Source: an uncultured Gammaproteobacteria bacterium (GTDB lineage Bacteria > Patescibacteriota > Microgenomatia > Levybacterales > GWA1-39-11). Taken from it: a DNA stretch of 64,000 nucleotides. Position 1 is the stretch's first letter, and each line of letters starts with the position of its first letter. The stretch is from contig CAYRKM010000002.1 in NCBI GenBank assembly GCA_964425075.1, positions 162,898 to 226,897 on the forward strand, written 5' to 3'. The notes beneath the pieces are model-generated. The model did no database searches and was not told the DNA's origin. It was given only the letters and a program-made list of their open reading frames with translations. Of the stretch, positions 9,863 through 20,056 are shown one piece after another. The position numbers and the translations under genes are program-made.

Positions 9863-10768
9863 ATGAAAAATACGCAAAAGGCCGTTTTTGCACTAATTCT
9901 TGCAAATTTTATTTGGGGAGCAGCTGCACCCATATTTAAGTGGTCGCTTGAAAGCACACCACCCTTCACGCTTGCCGTGCTTCGATTTGGAATTGCTTCA
10001 CTTATTTTTCTTCCTTTGGCCAAGAGACATTCCTTTTCAATAAAAAGCAAACATATTCTACTTCTTATCATTATGTCTTTTTTGGGAGTTTCACTTCATA
10101 TAAGCTTTTTCTTCTTGGGACTTGGATATACAGATAGTATCAATGCACCAATTATTGCCTCGTCAGGCCCCTTATTTATTATTCTTTTTGGTTTCTTATT
10201 TCTTAAGGACAAGATAAAAAAAAGAACAATGATTGGAGCATTTATTGGGCTTTTGGGAGTACTTGCTATCATTGTGCTTCCCGCTGTGGAGAAAGGTTTG
10301 GATGGATCTATAGTTGGAAACGTTTTTTTTGTAATAGCTATGCTTGCGGGAGTTATATACGCATTACTTTTAAAAAAACTCATGAATGGATATCATCCTT
10401 TTACTATAGCTTTTTGGACTTTCTTAATAGGAACAATAGGATTTCTTCCAATGTTTTTTGATGAAATTCAAAGAGTTGGTTTTTTGCCCATAATTAATAC
10501 TCAAGTTATTGTTGGGATTCTTTTTGGCGCCCTTCTATCTTCCTCTCTTGCATATGCACTACAAATGTGGGCGCTTCAAAAGATGTCCGTTGAGGATGTT
10601 GGTTTGTTTGCCTACGTTGACCCTGTTATTGCGGTTCTAATTGCCGCGCCGCTTTTGGGCGAACAACCAACATCTGTTTTCTTTGCTGGCTCCTTCTTTG
10701 TGTTTTTTGGAATTTATATTGCCGAAGGAAGAATACATTGGCACCCCATTCACAGACTCTTCAAATAA
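9863..10768 (+). CDS. DMT/EamA family transporter
   Basis: About 10 TM helices in two EamA repeats (IWG...R, LGE). Confidence 0.88.
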   Translation: MKNTQKAVFALILANFIWGAAAPIFKWSLESTPPFTLAVLRFGIASLIFLPLAKRHSFSIKSKHILLLIIMSFLGVSLHISFFFLGLGYTDSINAPIIASSGPLFIILFGFLFLKDKIKKRTMIGAFIGLLGVLAIIVLPAVEKGLDGSIVGNVFFVIAMLAGVIYALLLKKLMNGYHPFTIAFWTFLIGTIGFLPMFFDEIQRVGFLPIINTQVIVGILFGALLSSSLAYALQMWALQKMSVEDVGLFAYVDPVIAVLIAAPLLGEQPTSVFFAGSFFVFFGIYIAEGRIHWHPIHRLFK

Positions 10769-10809
10769 TAATATTGCAATTTGAGGCTTTTTCTAGTAAA
10801 ATAGACAAA

Positions 10810-11100
10810 ATGAAAGCTCAAATTCATCCACAATATTTTGAGAACGCACAAGTAACCTGCTCTTGCGGGAATTCTTTTACTGTGGGTTCAACCGTTGAGA
10901 AAATTCACATCGAGCTTTGCAATAATTGCCACCCATTCTATACAGGACAGCAAAAATTCGTTGATACAGCCTCCCGCATTGAGAAATTCCAGAAAAAAAT
11001 GGAATCAGCACGTCCTGTTATAAAGAAGGCTCAAAAGGAAGTAAAAGAGGACAAAGGCCCATTGACACTCCGGGAAATGCTTCAATCTCTCAAGAAATAG
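10810..11100 (+). CDS. rpmE: 50S ribosomal protein L31
   Basis: MKAQIHPQY...CSCG...[10 protein letters not shown]...RIEKF. Confidence 0.96.
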   Translation: MKAQIHPQYFENAQVTCSCGNSFTVGSTVEKIHIELCNNCHPFYTGQQKFVDTASRIEKFQKKMESARPVIKKAQKEVKEDKGPLTLREMLQSLKK

Positions 11101-11115
11101 CTAGAGCCTTCCATA

Positions 11116-12045
11116 ATGGACAAAGATACACTCCTTGCACAACTATACGCTCTTGATTTTAAAATTGCAGAAGCAGAAAAATTAACCTCTGATCCTGAAT
11201 TATCCTCTATGGCTTATGAAGAAATTGCTTCATTGAAAAAGCAAAAGGAAGAACTTTCAAAGCTTGTCGATATGCCTACTTTTGAAAACTCCACTCAAGC
11301 TACAAAAGACAATGCTTCTTCCCTTGATATGCGTCCAGCTATTATTGAAGTAAAGGGTGCAGCTGGGGGAGATGAGGCCAATATTTTTGCGAGGGAACTT
11401 GTAAGACTTTATATGCGCTATGCCGAGAGAAAAGGTCTAAGGGCAGAAATGATGGACGAATATGCTCTTAAAATTTCGAATCATAAGGCTTTTGGTATTT
11501 TTAAATTCGAAGCAGGCGTACATAGGGTTCAAAGAGTGCCTGAAACTGAAAAGCGCGGAAGAGTTCATACGTCAACTGCAGTTGTTTCAGTTCTTCCTGA
11601 GCTTGCTGATATTGACCTTCACATTAGACCAGAAGAAATAGAATTTGACGCGTTTCGCTCAGGAGGACATGGAGGACAAAATGTAAATAAAGTTTCAACT
11701 GCGGTAAGACTTAAACATATCCCAACTGGTATTGTAGTAACCTGTCAAACAGAACGACATCAAGCACAAAATAGAGAAAACGCGATGGGAATGCTTCGTG
11801 CAAAATTGTGGGAGCTTGAAGTTGAAAAACAAAACAAGGAAGTTTCAGAACTTAAGTCTACTCAAGTTGGAAAAGGAATGCGAAATGAGAAGATCCGCAC
11901 ATATAACTTCCCACAAGATAGAGTTACTGACCATAGAATTGGAAAGTCTTATCATAACCTTCCCACTTTTATGGATGGGGATATCGACCAAATGCTAAAA
12001 GACCTCAAAGAATCAGAAACTTTAGCTACTACTCCCCAGGCTTAA
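11116..12045 (+). CDS. prfA: Peptide chain release factor 1 (short N-terminal domain)
   Basis: [11 protein letters not shown] (RF1 PxT), [18 protein letters not shown]. Confidence 0.95.
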   Translation: MDKDTLLAQLYALDFKIAEAEKLTSDPELSSMAYEEIASLKKQKEELSKLVDMPTFENSTQATKDNASSLDMRPAIIEVKGAAGGDEANIFARELVRLYMRYAERKGLRAEMMDEYALKISNHKAFGIFKFEAGVHRVQRVPETEKRGRVHTSTAVVSVLPELADIDLHIRPEEIEFDAFRSGGHGGQNVNKVSTAVRLKHIPTGIVVTCQTERHQAQNRENAMGMLRAKLWELEVEKQNKEVSELKSTQVGKGMRNEKIRTYNFPQDRVTDHRIGKSYHNLPTFMDGDIDQMLKDLKESETLATTPQA

Positions 12046-12373
12046 TTAACTCTGGCCAAGTACGATAATAATTCTCTTCATTACCCTCAGGCTTTTTTGC
12101 AAGCGGCACAACAAACACATTTCTACCGCCTTGACTCATCATTAAATCTCCAGATGCAACCAGTCCCTCCAAGCTTGCTTTTAAAATATGGGGATCAACT
12201 CTACCAGCAACCTCTTCTAGGGAATCGGACATAACCATATCGGTGAACCAGGGTGTTTTTGCCTCAGCAAAACCTCCTGCAATCTCAACAATTTGCCCTT
12301 GAATTTCCCTTGAAATCATGCGCTCCGACTGATGCGTTCCGCCAATTTTTCTTAAAAACTCTCGAAGTTCCAT
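12029..12373 (-). CDS. Hypothetical protein (ORFan with own promoter)
   Basis: 114-aa ORF; TTGAAA-17-TATAAT ends 6 nt before the ATG. Confidence 0.55.
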   Translation of the reverse strand: MELREFLRKIGGTHQSERMISREIQGQIVEIAGGFAEAKTPWFTDMVMSDSLEEVAGRVDPHILKASLEGLVASGDLMMSQGGRNVFVVPLAKKPEGNEENYYRTWPELIKPGE

Positions 12374-12440
12374 ATGCGTATTATAGGATTTAAATAAAGA
12401 AATTTCAATCGCTTTACCAACTTAAGAGGTAAATTCCAAA

Positions 12441-13385
12441 TTATTGATTTTGAAGAACTTCGACAACTTGGGACAAAGTAAGCTTTGTGCCATTCATTGT
12501 AGGATTTTTTGAGCTTCCATTAAGAAGCATGCGTTTGGAAGCATGAAGAAACCATGAGGCATCGGGATCCATTTTCTTGAGCTTTTTGTAATATGGAGTT
12601 AAATCAATTGTTTTGATAAGGTCTTGTTTCTTTTTCTCTTCTTCATTTTTAATTCCTAATTCTTCATTTTTACTTCTAACATCAGGTAGTGCTTTGATTC
12701 GAATGAATCCACCATTTGGGTCCTTTCGTACGGCCAAAACATACCCTCTCATCTGAGAAAGCTTAAGAACCTCATCATTTATTGTCTCGATTGCCAAAGA
12801 CTTGCCCCATTTTGAGGTAAATTCAATACCCTTCTTATTTATTTCCTCTTCTGCCCAAATTCTTGTTTCCAAACTATGAAGTGCAACATCCAAACACTCC
12901 ATAATAAAATTGACTAATTTTGCATCATCCTTTTGAAACATTAACTTATGCCCCTGAATCAACTCAACTATTCCTAACGCATAAATATCTTTATTGCTAT
13001 CTGGATAATAAACCTCCTGAAAATGATCATCATCAATCACTAACTCAACAATTCTTTCTACTGCTTCTTTCTTAACTTCATGCTTATGAAGGTTTGACTC
13101 AGGATTTTTGAGAATAAAATCCAAAGTTAATTTTGCACCACAAGTGTTATTATCTGAAGTTTGGTGGTGGTCAAGAGCTCCCATTCCCGTATCAACGTGT
13201 ATTGTTTCAACTCCATCTACTAATTCTATTGGATTACCCTCATTTTTATATTCACCTGGTAATCTGTCTCCAGCAGACACAAATTCCACCTCTGCCCCAT
13301 CCCAATCAGGGTAAAATCTCTTCAAAAGCCAAACAGAGGCAATTGCGTCAAGGTCAGAGCTTTTATGAGTTACTATTCTTCGCAT
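12441..13385 (-). CDS. DHH/MYG1-like phosphoesterase
   Basis: THKSSDLDAIAS, HVDTG...DHHQ motifs; start placed at MRRIVTH. Confidence 0.65.
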   Translation of the reverse strand: MRRIVTHKSSDLDAIASVWLLKRFYPDWDGAEVEFVSAGDRLPGEYKNEGNPIELVDGVETIHVDTGMGALDHHQTSDNNTCGAKLTLDFILKNPESNLHKHEVKKEAVERIVELVIDDDHFQEVYYPDSNKDIYALGIVELIQGHKLMFQKDDAKLVNFIMECLDVALHSLETRIWAEEEINKKGIEFTSKWGKSLAIETINDEVLKLSQMRGYVLAVRKDPNGGFIRIKALPDVRSKNEELGIKNEEEKKKQDLIKTIDLTPYYKKLKKMDPDASWFLHASKRMLLNGSSKNPTMNGTKLTLSQVVEVLQNQ

Positions 13386-13480
13386 AATATCAGTATATAT
13401 TAACTTTCCCTTAAAGTTGAGTAGTATATCCAAATCTATCAAGCTTGACAAGTATGAATATTTAACCCTACTATTAATGT

Positions 13481-13963
13481 ATGGATGGAAAGAAACAAAC
13501 AAATTTAACACCAGAACTTAAGGAAATATATGACAGAGTTATGAATACTTCTGCTGCACCAAAACCTGCAGCCTCCCCCCAATCACCATCATCTCCACTT
13601 GCCTCTCCAACGCCTCCCCCCACTCCAGCTTCACCTACCACACCTCCACCTACATCAGAGCCCACCATGGCACCTCTTGGTGCTTCACCCACCACTTCTC
13701 CACCCGGAATAGGAATGCCAAATACAAATACGGCTGAGGAGGCATTAACTTCTTCTCCTCCACGGCCAGTTTCTCAAGTGGACGGAACAAAACCTTTCTC
13801 CTTTAGCGGAACTGCATCAAGCACACCCGCTACAAAAGACACGAGTGCAAAGTCTTTAAAAAAACCTGTTATTTCTATGCCAATTTTGATAGTCCTTGGA
13901 ATTGCTTTTGTTGCAGTATGGGCTGTTTTCTGGCTCGTTATCTTGGGGTTTATTAGCCGTTAG
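13481..13963 (+). CDS. Pro/Ser/Thr-rich protein with C-terminal TM anchor
   Basis: Low-complexity body and C-terminal hydrophobic helix; TTGACA (13445) / TACTAT (13469) promoter upstream. Confidence 0.7.
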   Translation: MDGKKQTNLTPELKEIYDRVMNTSAAPKPAASPQSPSSPLASPTPPPTPASPTTPPPTSEPTMAPLGASPTTSPPGIGMPNTNTAEEALTSSPPRPVSQVDGTKPFSFSGTASSTPATKDTSAKSLKKPVISMPILIVLGIAFVAVWAVFWLVILGFISR

Positions 13964-15189
13964 GCAACTTTTTGGAGTAACTCTTCTTCAGAAATTATAC
14001 TTACTTCCGCTTCATTTCTTTTTTTAAGTTCCACTTTTCCTTCCAATTTTGAGGATAAAACCACCCGGTAAGGAATTCCTAAAAGATCACAGTCTGCAAA
14101 TTTCTCTCCAGGGGTTTTATCTTGTCTGTCATCAAACAGCACCTCAGCACCTTTATCAGTTAACTTTTTGTAAAGGCTGTCTGCTTCCTCATCTTTTCCA
14201 ATTGAAATAAGACAAAATGTATATGGCGCAATTTCCTCAGGCCAAATAATTCCTTTATCGTCATGTAATTTTTCTACGAGTACTCCCATTACACGAGATA
14301 TTCCCAAACCATAACATCCCATTATTGGAAATTGCTTATTGCCATCTTTATCTAAATATCCTAAGTCAAAATCTTTACTGTATTTCTGTCCAAGATCAAA
14401 AACATTACCCACTTCTGAAGCTCTTCCCATTTTCAAACCCGAAGTATTACATTTTGGACAATCATCTCCTTCTTTTAAATTGTCCGCAACTTCCACATTG
14501 ACGCAATAATCACAACTATTACAATATAAAATATCGTCTTCACCAGCATCGGTTAAAACCATGAATTCATATGAGATTTTTTTACTAAAACTTCCACCTG
14601 AGGCCTCAGTTGCTTTTGCGACAAGACCCAATCTTTCAAAAATTCTAATGTATGATTCTTTGACAATTTTGTAGTACCTATCAAAATCGTCCTGACTTTC
14701 ATGGAATGAATACATATCCTTCATATAAAATTCACGACCTCGTAAAATTCCTGATTTTGCACGGAGTTCGTCCCTATATTTCCAGTGTATTTGATAAACT
14801 GAAAGAGGAAGATCTTTGTAAGAATTAACGCGTGATAAAACCAAAGGAGTTACAACCTCCTCCTCAGACTGACCAATTGCATACTCCTTATCAGTTCTAC
14901 TTTTAACCTTGAATAAAACATCGATCCCATCCCATCCTCCAGTTTTTACCCAATTTTCTTTTGGATGAAGAACAGGCATCAGTAACTCATTGCCACCAAT
15001 AACATTCATTTCCTCCCTTACTACACCTTCTATTTTTCTAAGCACTCGAAGTCCGAGTGGAAGATAACTATAAACACCTGCCATAAGCTGCTCAACAAAT
15101 CCTGCTTGAGTTAGCAATTTATGATTTATTGTTTCTGCGTCCTTAGGTGCGTAACGCAGGGTTTTGCCAAAAAGTTGTGAATATCGCAT
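13960..15189 (-). CDS. proS: Proline--tRNA ligase (short form without editing domain)
   Basis: MRYSQLF, KYRDELR, RGREFYMKDMYSF, MGCYGLGISR. Confidence 0.97.
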   Translation of the reverse strand: MRYSQLFGKTLRYAPKDAETINHKLLTQAGFVEQLMAGVYSYLPLGLRVLRKIEGVVREEMNVIGGNELLMPVLHPKENWVKTGGWDGIDVLFKVKSRTDKEYAIGQSEEEVVTPLVLSRVNSYKDLPLSVYQIHWKYRDELRAKSGILRGREFYMKDMYSFHESQDDFDRYYKIVKESYIRIFERLGLVAKATEASGGSFSKKISYEFMVLTDAGEDDILYCNSCDYCVNVEVADNLKEGDDCPKCNTSGLKMGRASEVGNVFDLGQKYSKDFDLGYLDKDGNKQFPIMGCYGLGISRVMGVLVEKLHDDKGIIWPEEIAPYTFCLISIGKDEEADSLYKKLTDKGAEVLFDDRQDKTPGEKFADCDLLGIPYRVVLSSKLEGKVELKKRNEAEVSIISEEELLQKVA

Positions 15190-15234
15190 GAGGATAGTAT
15201 ACCTCAGCGCTCGTCCGTTTTTCAACGAATGTTA

Positions 15235-15978
15235 CTACGCAACTTTTGATATTGGCGCCACATCTGCTCCCTTATCCTGGCGTTCCAACATTTTTCTCAA
15301 AAACTCGTCGTACTCTGTTATGTTACTTCCAGTTCTTTTGACAGGCTTTTTTCTTGCAACTGTTTGGTTGTATCCGTAATTTTCTTCCTCTGGTTTGGCA
15401 AGTGACTCCAACAGATTCCCCATCATCGCTACAAATATTTCAAGAAGCGATACCTTTTCTTTCTCATCTTCCTCTTTCTCTATGATTCTTCGTAAGAGCA
15501 CAGCCATTTGTTGCAATACTTCAAGAGATAACTGTAAGTTCTCGTTTGTACTCTTGAGTTGCTCAGCAAGTTGTTGATTCTTGCCTTCAAGATCTACAAC
15601 TTTAGCCTCAAGTTCATTAATTCTCTCAAGCACCATAATTTTCTCTATATCTTCTTCCTCAGTTTTTGGTTTATCGCGAGTTTCTTCCAAAACTTCTTCT
15701 TCCTCATCCTGAGTGTTATTATCACTTGTTGCCATTCCTTCTTCTGTTTCAGGTTCGTCTTCTCCCAAACTGATTAATGCCTCCTCCATGCCTTCATCTC
15801 TCACTCTATCCAAAAGCGCATCTGCATCATTTTTTCCTTCGTCTGATGCAATTATTTCGTCTTGAGCAGCGACTACAACGTTTTGCTGAGCAATTTCACT
15901 AAAATACCCCTCCTCATCAAAGTTCTGAGTAGAAGTAACTGCGGTTGGTGTGTTTGCTGTCATATTTATTCCTTCCAT
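15235..15978 (-). CDS. Acidic coiled-coil hypothetical protein
   Basis: Glu-rich ORF with GGAGGTGA Shine-Dalgarno upstream. Confidence 0.65.
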   Translation of the reverse strand: MEGINMTANTPTAVTSTQNFDEEGYFSEIAQQNVVVAAQDEIIASDEGKNDADALLDRVRDEGMEEALISLGEDEPETEEGMATSDNNTQDEEEEVLEETRDKPKTEEEDIEKIMVLERINELEAKVVDLEGKNQQLAEQLKSTNENLQLSLEVLQQMAVLLRRIIEKEEDEKEKVSLLEIFVAMMGNLLESLAKPEEENYGYNQTVARKKPVKRTGSNITEYDEFLRKMLERQDKGADVAPISKVA

Positions 15979-15990
15979 ATACATTCACCT

Positions 15991-16021
15991 CCCTTCGTCA
16001 GCTTTGCCTCCTCAGGGCAAG
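15991..16021 (+). repeat. REP-like palindromic element (TTCG/CTCA family), intergenic copy
   Basis: CCC TTCG TCAGCTTTGCCTC CTCA GGG CAAG. Confidence 0.65.
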
Positions 16022-16038
16022 CCAATCTAATTTTCGTC

Positions 16039-16350
16039 TTATTTTTGTATGCTAGAAAAAGATTGATCCTGATTTATGCTATTTCTAACCATTGTTATTT
16101 TTCCCTTTAATGTAGCTTTTTCATACTCCCTAACTGTTTTTATGAATGCCTCTGTAATTTCTGGTGAATATTTGCAGGCTTTCTCAATACCCTTTAAAAA
16201 TTCATCGATATTTTCATTTTTAAAAAATGGAGTTACTATTTTTGCAATCAATTTAGCATTCTTCTTTGTAATTTTCCCTCGTCTCATATTAAGAATTATG
16301 AAAAATAAAAGCTCTCTTTGGAAATTTGTTTTTAGAGTTTTGTATTCCAT
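16039..16350 (-). CDS. Hypothetical protein
   Basis: 103-aa ORF co-directional with neighbours. Confidence 0.5.
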   Translation of the reverse strand: MEYKTLKTNFQRELLFFIILNMRRGKITKKNAKLIAKIVTPFFKNENIDEFLKGIEKACKYSPEITEAFIKTVREYEKATLKGKITMVRNSINQDQSFSSIQK

Positions 16351-16374
16351 AGTTTTTTTTATTGGTTTTAGTCG

Positions 16375-16614
16375 TTATCCGGTAAGTTCCGCTACTTTTT
16401 CATTTGTTTCTCGGCCTTTACGCTCTGCCTCTTCTTTTTTTTCATGTGCAGCTTGTGCGCTAAGCAATTCCATTTCAAGATTCAAAGCTTCCTCTTGTGC
16501 TTCTGCGGCCTCCATTTGCTCAATCTGTACCTTGATTTGCACATCTCGAACAATTTGTTCCATATTTACTTCTTTCGTTGCCCCTTTAATTGTTTCGCCA
16601 GTTATATTTTTCAT
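16375..16614 (-). CDS. Small coiled-coil hypothetical protein
   Basis: E/Q/A-rich ORF from MKNITG. Confidence 0.5.
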   Translation of the reverse strand: MKNITGETIKGATKEVNMEQIVRDVQIKVQIEQMEAAEAQEEALNLEMELLSAQAAHEKKEEAERKGRETNEKVAELTG

Positions 16615-16734
16615 ATCCTGCGTAGTGTAGAACTTAAAACTAATTCGAACTTGATATCTTCCTTTTCTTTTCCTAACAAAGAGGTAACACAAAAAAATTT
16701 GACTAAAATTTGAGGCTGAAGTATACTACAAGAT

Positions 16735-17085
16735 ATGACTGCAGAAATTCCAAATGGCGTGCCGGATAACGTAACTCCTATTGCGCCTCATATAGAATTT
16801 TACACAAGTTTGGGAACAGGAGAAATCCCCGATAGGGCCCGTTTTGTGCTCAAAGAGGTGCTTCCGACACTTGGTCTTTACTGTCCACAGGGAGAAGAAG
16901 GTCAAATAATGGTTAGTAAGTTACTTTTGTGGTTAAGTCGGCATCCTAATGAACCAGAGGGTTATGCCCCCAATTCGTTAACCCAAACTAATGAAGGGCA
17001 ACTAACTCAAGCAAGAAGGTTTAGAGACATAGAAAGATTTGAGGAAAGAAGAGCTAGACCTCAAGATGGGAACCAATTAACTTAG
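16735..17085 (+). CDS. Hypothetical protein (ORFan with own promoter)
   Basis: TTGACT(16699)-17-TATACT(16722) just upstream of the ATG. Confidence 0.55.
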   Translation: MTAEIPNGVPDNVTPIAPHIEFYTSLGTGEIPDRARFVLKEVLPTLGLYCPQGEEGQIMVSKLLLWLSRHPNEPEGYAPNSLTQTNEGQLTQARRFRDIERFEERRARPQDGNQLT

Positions 17086-17959
17086 AAAGAGACAAAACCT
17101 CAAGCTTTTCAAATTTCTTCTCCTCCGGAATTGGCAAAGCGTCTGTTACAAAAACTTTCTTAACGTGTGAGTTTTGCAAAATTTCTGAGGCATTTCCCGA
17201 CAATAAGGGGTGAGTAGCAAAAGCATATATATTCTCTGCTCCGCCTTCGTGAAGCTTCTCAATTGCCTGAACCATTGTCTTTCCACTTGAAATCATATCG
17301 TCAATAATAAAACAAGTTTTCTTAATTTCTCCATGCACCGCTGAAGCCTTGATTGAACCACTATCATAATCTCTCTCTTTCTCAATTGAGGTAAATGGTA
17401 ACTTATCTAACATTTCAGATAGCTGCTCCATGCGTCTTAGTCCCCCCATATCAGGGCTTACGATAACGGAATTTTCCCTATCAAATCCAATTTCCTTAAT
17501 TTTTTCTGCGAAAAGCGGAAGGGCTGAGAGATTTACGACATCTATCTTGAACATTTCAGGCATTTTTATGGTGTGTGGGTCTACAAATATGATTTTTGTA
17601 AGACCAGCATTTTCAAGCAGATTAATTACAACTTCAAGAGGTACGGCCTCACCTGTGCGGAATACGTGATCGGCTCTGGAATACGGAATATATGGAATAA
17701 TTCCAGTTACAGAACTTGCTCCACTTCTTTTAATAGAATCTATTAAAAAAGCAGTTTCTATAAGATATGAGTCAAGGCTTGGGGTAACTGAAGCTGTTTT
17801 TACAAAAACCACATGCTCGTCCACTACCTCTTCAGTCAAACGAATACGCCTTTCCCCGTCCGCAAAAACAGTAACTTCAGGAAAATTTAGAGTCGTTTTA
17901 AGATTCGAGGCTAGACCTTCGGAAAGTGAAGCATTCTGTGGGTCCCCAAAAAACAACAT
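17054..17959 (-). CDS. prs: Ribose-phosphate pyrophosphokinase
   Basis: FADGE, PYIPYSRAD, VSPDMGG, IIDDMISSGKT, ATH. Confidence 0.95.
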   Translation of the reverse strand: MLFFGDPQNASLSEGLASNLKTTLNFPEVTVFADGERRIRLTEEVVDEHVVFVKTASVTPSLDSYLIETAFLIDSIKRSGASSVTGIIPYIPYSRADHVFRTGEAVPLEVVINLLENAGLTKIIFVDPHTIKMPEMFKIDVVNLSALPLFAEKIKEIGFDRENSVIVSPDMGGLRRMEQLSEMLDKLPFTSIEKERDYDSGSIKASAVHGEIKKTCFIIDDMISSGKTMVQAIEKLHEGGAENIYAFATHPLLSGNASEILQNSHVKKVFVTDALPIPEEKKFEKLEVLSLSKLIGSHLEV

Positions 17960-17981
17960 AGAAATATAATTACAAATTGAC

Positions 17982-18043
17982 CTAATTATTCTAATTTTCC
18001 TAATTCAATAACTTTATTAGAAATTAGATCAATTAGAAATTAG
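17982..18043. repeat. Opposed CTAATT / AATTAG short-period arrays
   Basis: CTAATTATT CTAATTTTC CTAATTC then TTAG AAATTAG ATCAATTAG AAATTAG. Confidence 0.65.
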
Positions 18044-18064
18044 TCATTGCCTGGCAGAGGCCTT

Positions 18065-18352
18065 TTACTCTCCGCCACCACCAAATAATGAACTTAGTCC
18101 AGCTCCCATTGATTGCATTTTCATTGCACTCTTTTTTTGAGCCTTCTCAACCGCGTCATTTATGGCGTCTTTTACGTCCGACATTTCCTCACCATTTATC
18201 TCAATGGACTTTAATTTCATATTTCCATTCATGATAACTTTTGCTCTTCCCTTTTCGGTTTCTACCTCAATTTGCTCAAGTTCTCTTTGGATTTGTTTGG
18301 CAGTATCTCTTAGTTTTTTAAGTTCTCCTGCTTGTTTTAATGGATTAAACAT
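18065..18352 (-). CDS. ybaB: YbaB/EbfC nucleoid-associated protein
   Basis: AKQIQREL...KVIMNGNMKLKSIEI...AINDAVEKAQ. Confidence 0.88.
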   Translation of the reverse strand: MFNPLKQAGELKKLRDTAKQIQRELEQIEVETEKGRAKVIMNGNMKLKSIEINGEEMSDVKDAINDAVEKAQKKSAMKMQSMGAGLSSLFGGGGE

Positions 18353-18391
18353 ACATTCACCCCCTTCACATCATTATACAGAATAATTCTT

Positions 18392-18901
18392 CTAAAGAAA
18401 GTCCTCACGAGACGCAACAAAATCATGATATCTTTCAATCTGTGTTCTTCTTCTTTGCTCCATTTCTTCATAAGTCATACCATGAAGTTCAGTTTGCAAA
18501 GCATTTCTAAAAGTGGTCATTCTTTCCGTAAGAATTCTTTGAATATTATCATTAAAAATAGCTCCATCAAACAATCTCTCGCTATGTCTTTTTGATTGAT
18601 GAGCACTCACAGCGTTAAACGCATCCATAAAGACCTGCCTTTCACTCTCAGTTAATGCTGCCCATCCCCCAGCCTCGCAACACTGCCTAATTAACCCCAT
18701 ATAATCTACCCCTTGATTAATAGCATACCATTCTAGTTTTATTACCTGCGCACCAAATGAACCGTAAGATCCGTCATGAGACTGAATATAAAAATCCATA
18801 AAATTAGCTCTTGTCAACGGGGCTCCTGAAATAAATGGCTCCATGCCGCCTTCTTCCTGCGACAAAGCAAATTCTATAGGAACTGGGGAACGGTTTTCCA
18901 T
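18392..18901 (-). CDS. Hypothetical protein (ORFan with own promoter)
   Basis: 169-aa ORF; TTGACA-17-TAAAAT upstream. Confidence 0.55.
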   Translation of the reverse strand: MENRSPVPIEFALSQEEGGMEPFISGAPLTRANFMDFYIQSHDGSYGSFGAQVIKLEWYAINQGVDYMGLIRQCCEAGGWAALTESERQVFMDAFNAVSAHQSKRHSERLFDGAIFNDNIQRILTERMTTFRNALQTELHGMTYEEMEQRRRTQIERYHDFVASREDFL

Positions 18902-19012
18902 AAAAAGAGCTTAAATTTTAATTCTTTCCTTAGTTTATGTCAACGTTCTCACACGAGTCTTCTGAAATTAATGAAACTTAAACAATCAGCACCCAAATGA
19001 TATAATTGCATC

Positions 19013-20053
19013 ATGCCAACTGAAAGATTGTTCCAACCAAAAGTTGAAATTTCCCCACAATCGCCACTCGGACTTGAAGAAGTTTTGGTGGCAGGCAACA
19101 GAGGTACTTGTGGTGGAGTAAGAATGGCAATTGAAGCTGCTCAGCAGGTAGTAGATATTGTTGCAAAGCGAGAACCAATCTATATCAATTGGAACATTGT
19201 TAACAATAGATTAACCGCTCAACATTTCCAAGAACAAGGGGTTATTGATGTTGCCAACGATCTTAGCCTTGTCCCAGACGATTCGATTCTTCTTTTTTCA
19301 GCACATGGTGTTGCTCCTTCTTTTTACGAAGAGGCAGAAAGAAGAAATCTTCTTGCTATTGATGCGACTTGCCAATTGGTAGAAAGAGGACATTGGCTCG
19401 CTCGACGGGCTGCAGAACGTGGAGAACATGTATTCTATATTGGCGACGCCGCACACCCAGAAACTCAGGGGATAGTAGGTGAACTAAAAGAAGGAGAGTA
19501 TACTCTTCTTGAAAAACCTGAAGATGTAGATGCTGTATCTATTCCCGAAGGACCTAGTATTGTCCTTTCTAAGACAACACTTGGTGCTGCAGAAATTGTT
19601 CCCATAATTAAACCTCTCCATGATCGTGTAGGAGATAACTTAAAGGTTCCAACAAAACATGACACTTGTTTCGCCACTGACAACAGACAAGATGCAGTAA
19701 GGGATTTGATAGGTAGAACAAATGCTCTTCTTGTTGTTGGTTCAGGTCATAGCCACAACTCACAGCAGCTTAGATTAATTGGAGAAAAAAGTGGACTCCC
19801 ATCCTGGTCTGTAGATACCCCTGAAGAAATAGAGAGAAGTTGGTTTACGGATGAAATAAAAAAACTCGGGATCACCTCTGGAGCTTCTGTTGTAGGTCTT
19901 TACACTGAAAGAGTTCTTGATTACTTTAGAAACGAAGGAATTCCTATAACATATGTAGATCCAGTTGCAGAAGAGCCAGAAATCATGTTTAAATTACCCA
20001 TAGGCGACATCAATAAACTCAGGATGAGATATAATATGGATCCTATTCAATAA
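19013..20053 (+). CDS. ispH: 4-hydroxy-3-methylbut-2-enyl diphosphate reductase (IspH/LytB)
   Basis: Three Fe-S Cys (GTCGGV, DATC, TCFAT..RQ), SAHG, HPE, SHNS, GITSGAS. Confidence 0.9.
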   Translation: MPTERLFQPKVEISPQSPLGLEEVLVAGNRGTCGGVRMAIEAAQQVVDIVAKREPIYINWNIVNNRLTAQHFQEQGVIDVANDLSLVPDDSILLFSAHGVAPSFYEEAERRNLLAIDATCQLVERGHWLARRAAERGEHVFYIGDAAHPETQGIVGELKEGEYTLLEKPEDVDAVSIPEGPSIVLSKTTLGAAEIVPIIKPLHDRVGDNLKVPTKHDTCFATDNRQDAVRDLIGRTNALLVVGSGHSHNSQQLRLIGEKSGLPSWSVDTPEEIERSWFTDEIKKLGITSGASVVGLYTERVLDYFRNEGIPITYVDPVAEEPEIMFKLPIGDINKLRMRYNMDPIQ

Positions 20054-20056
20054 ACT

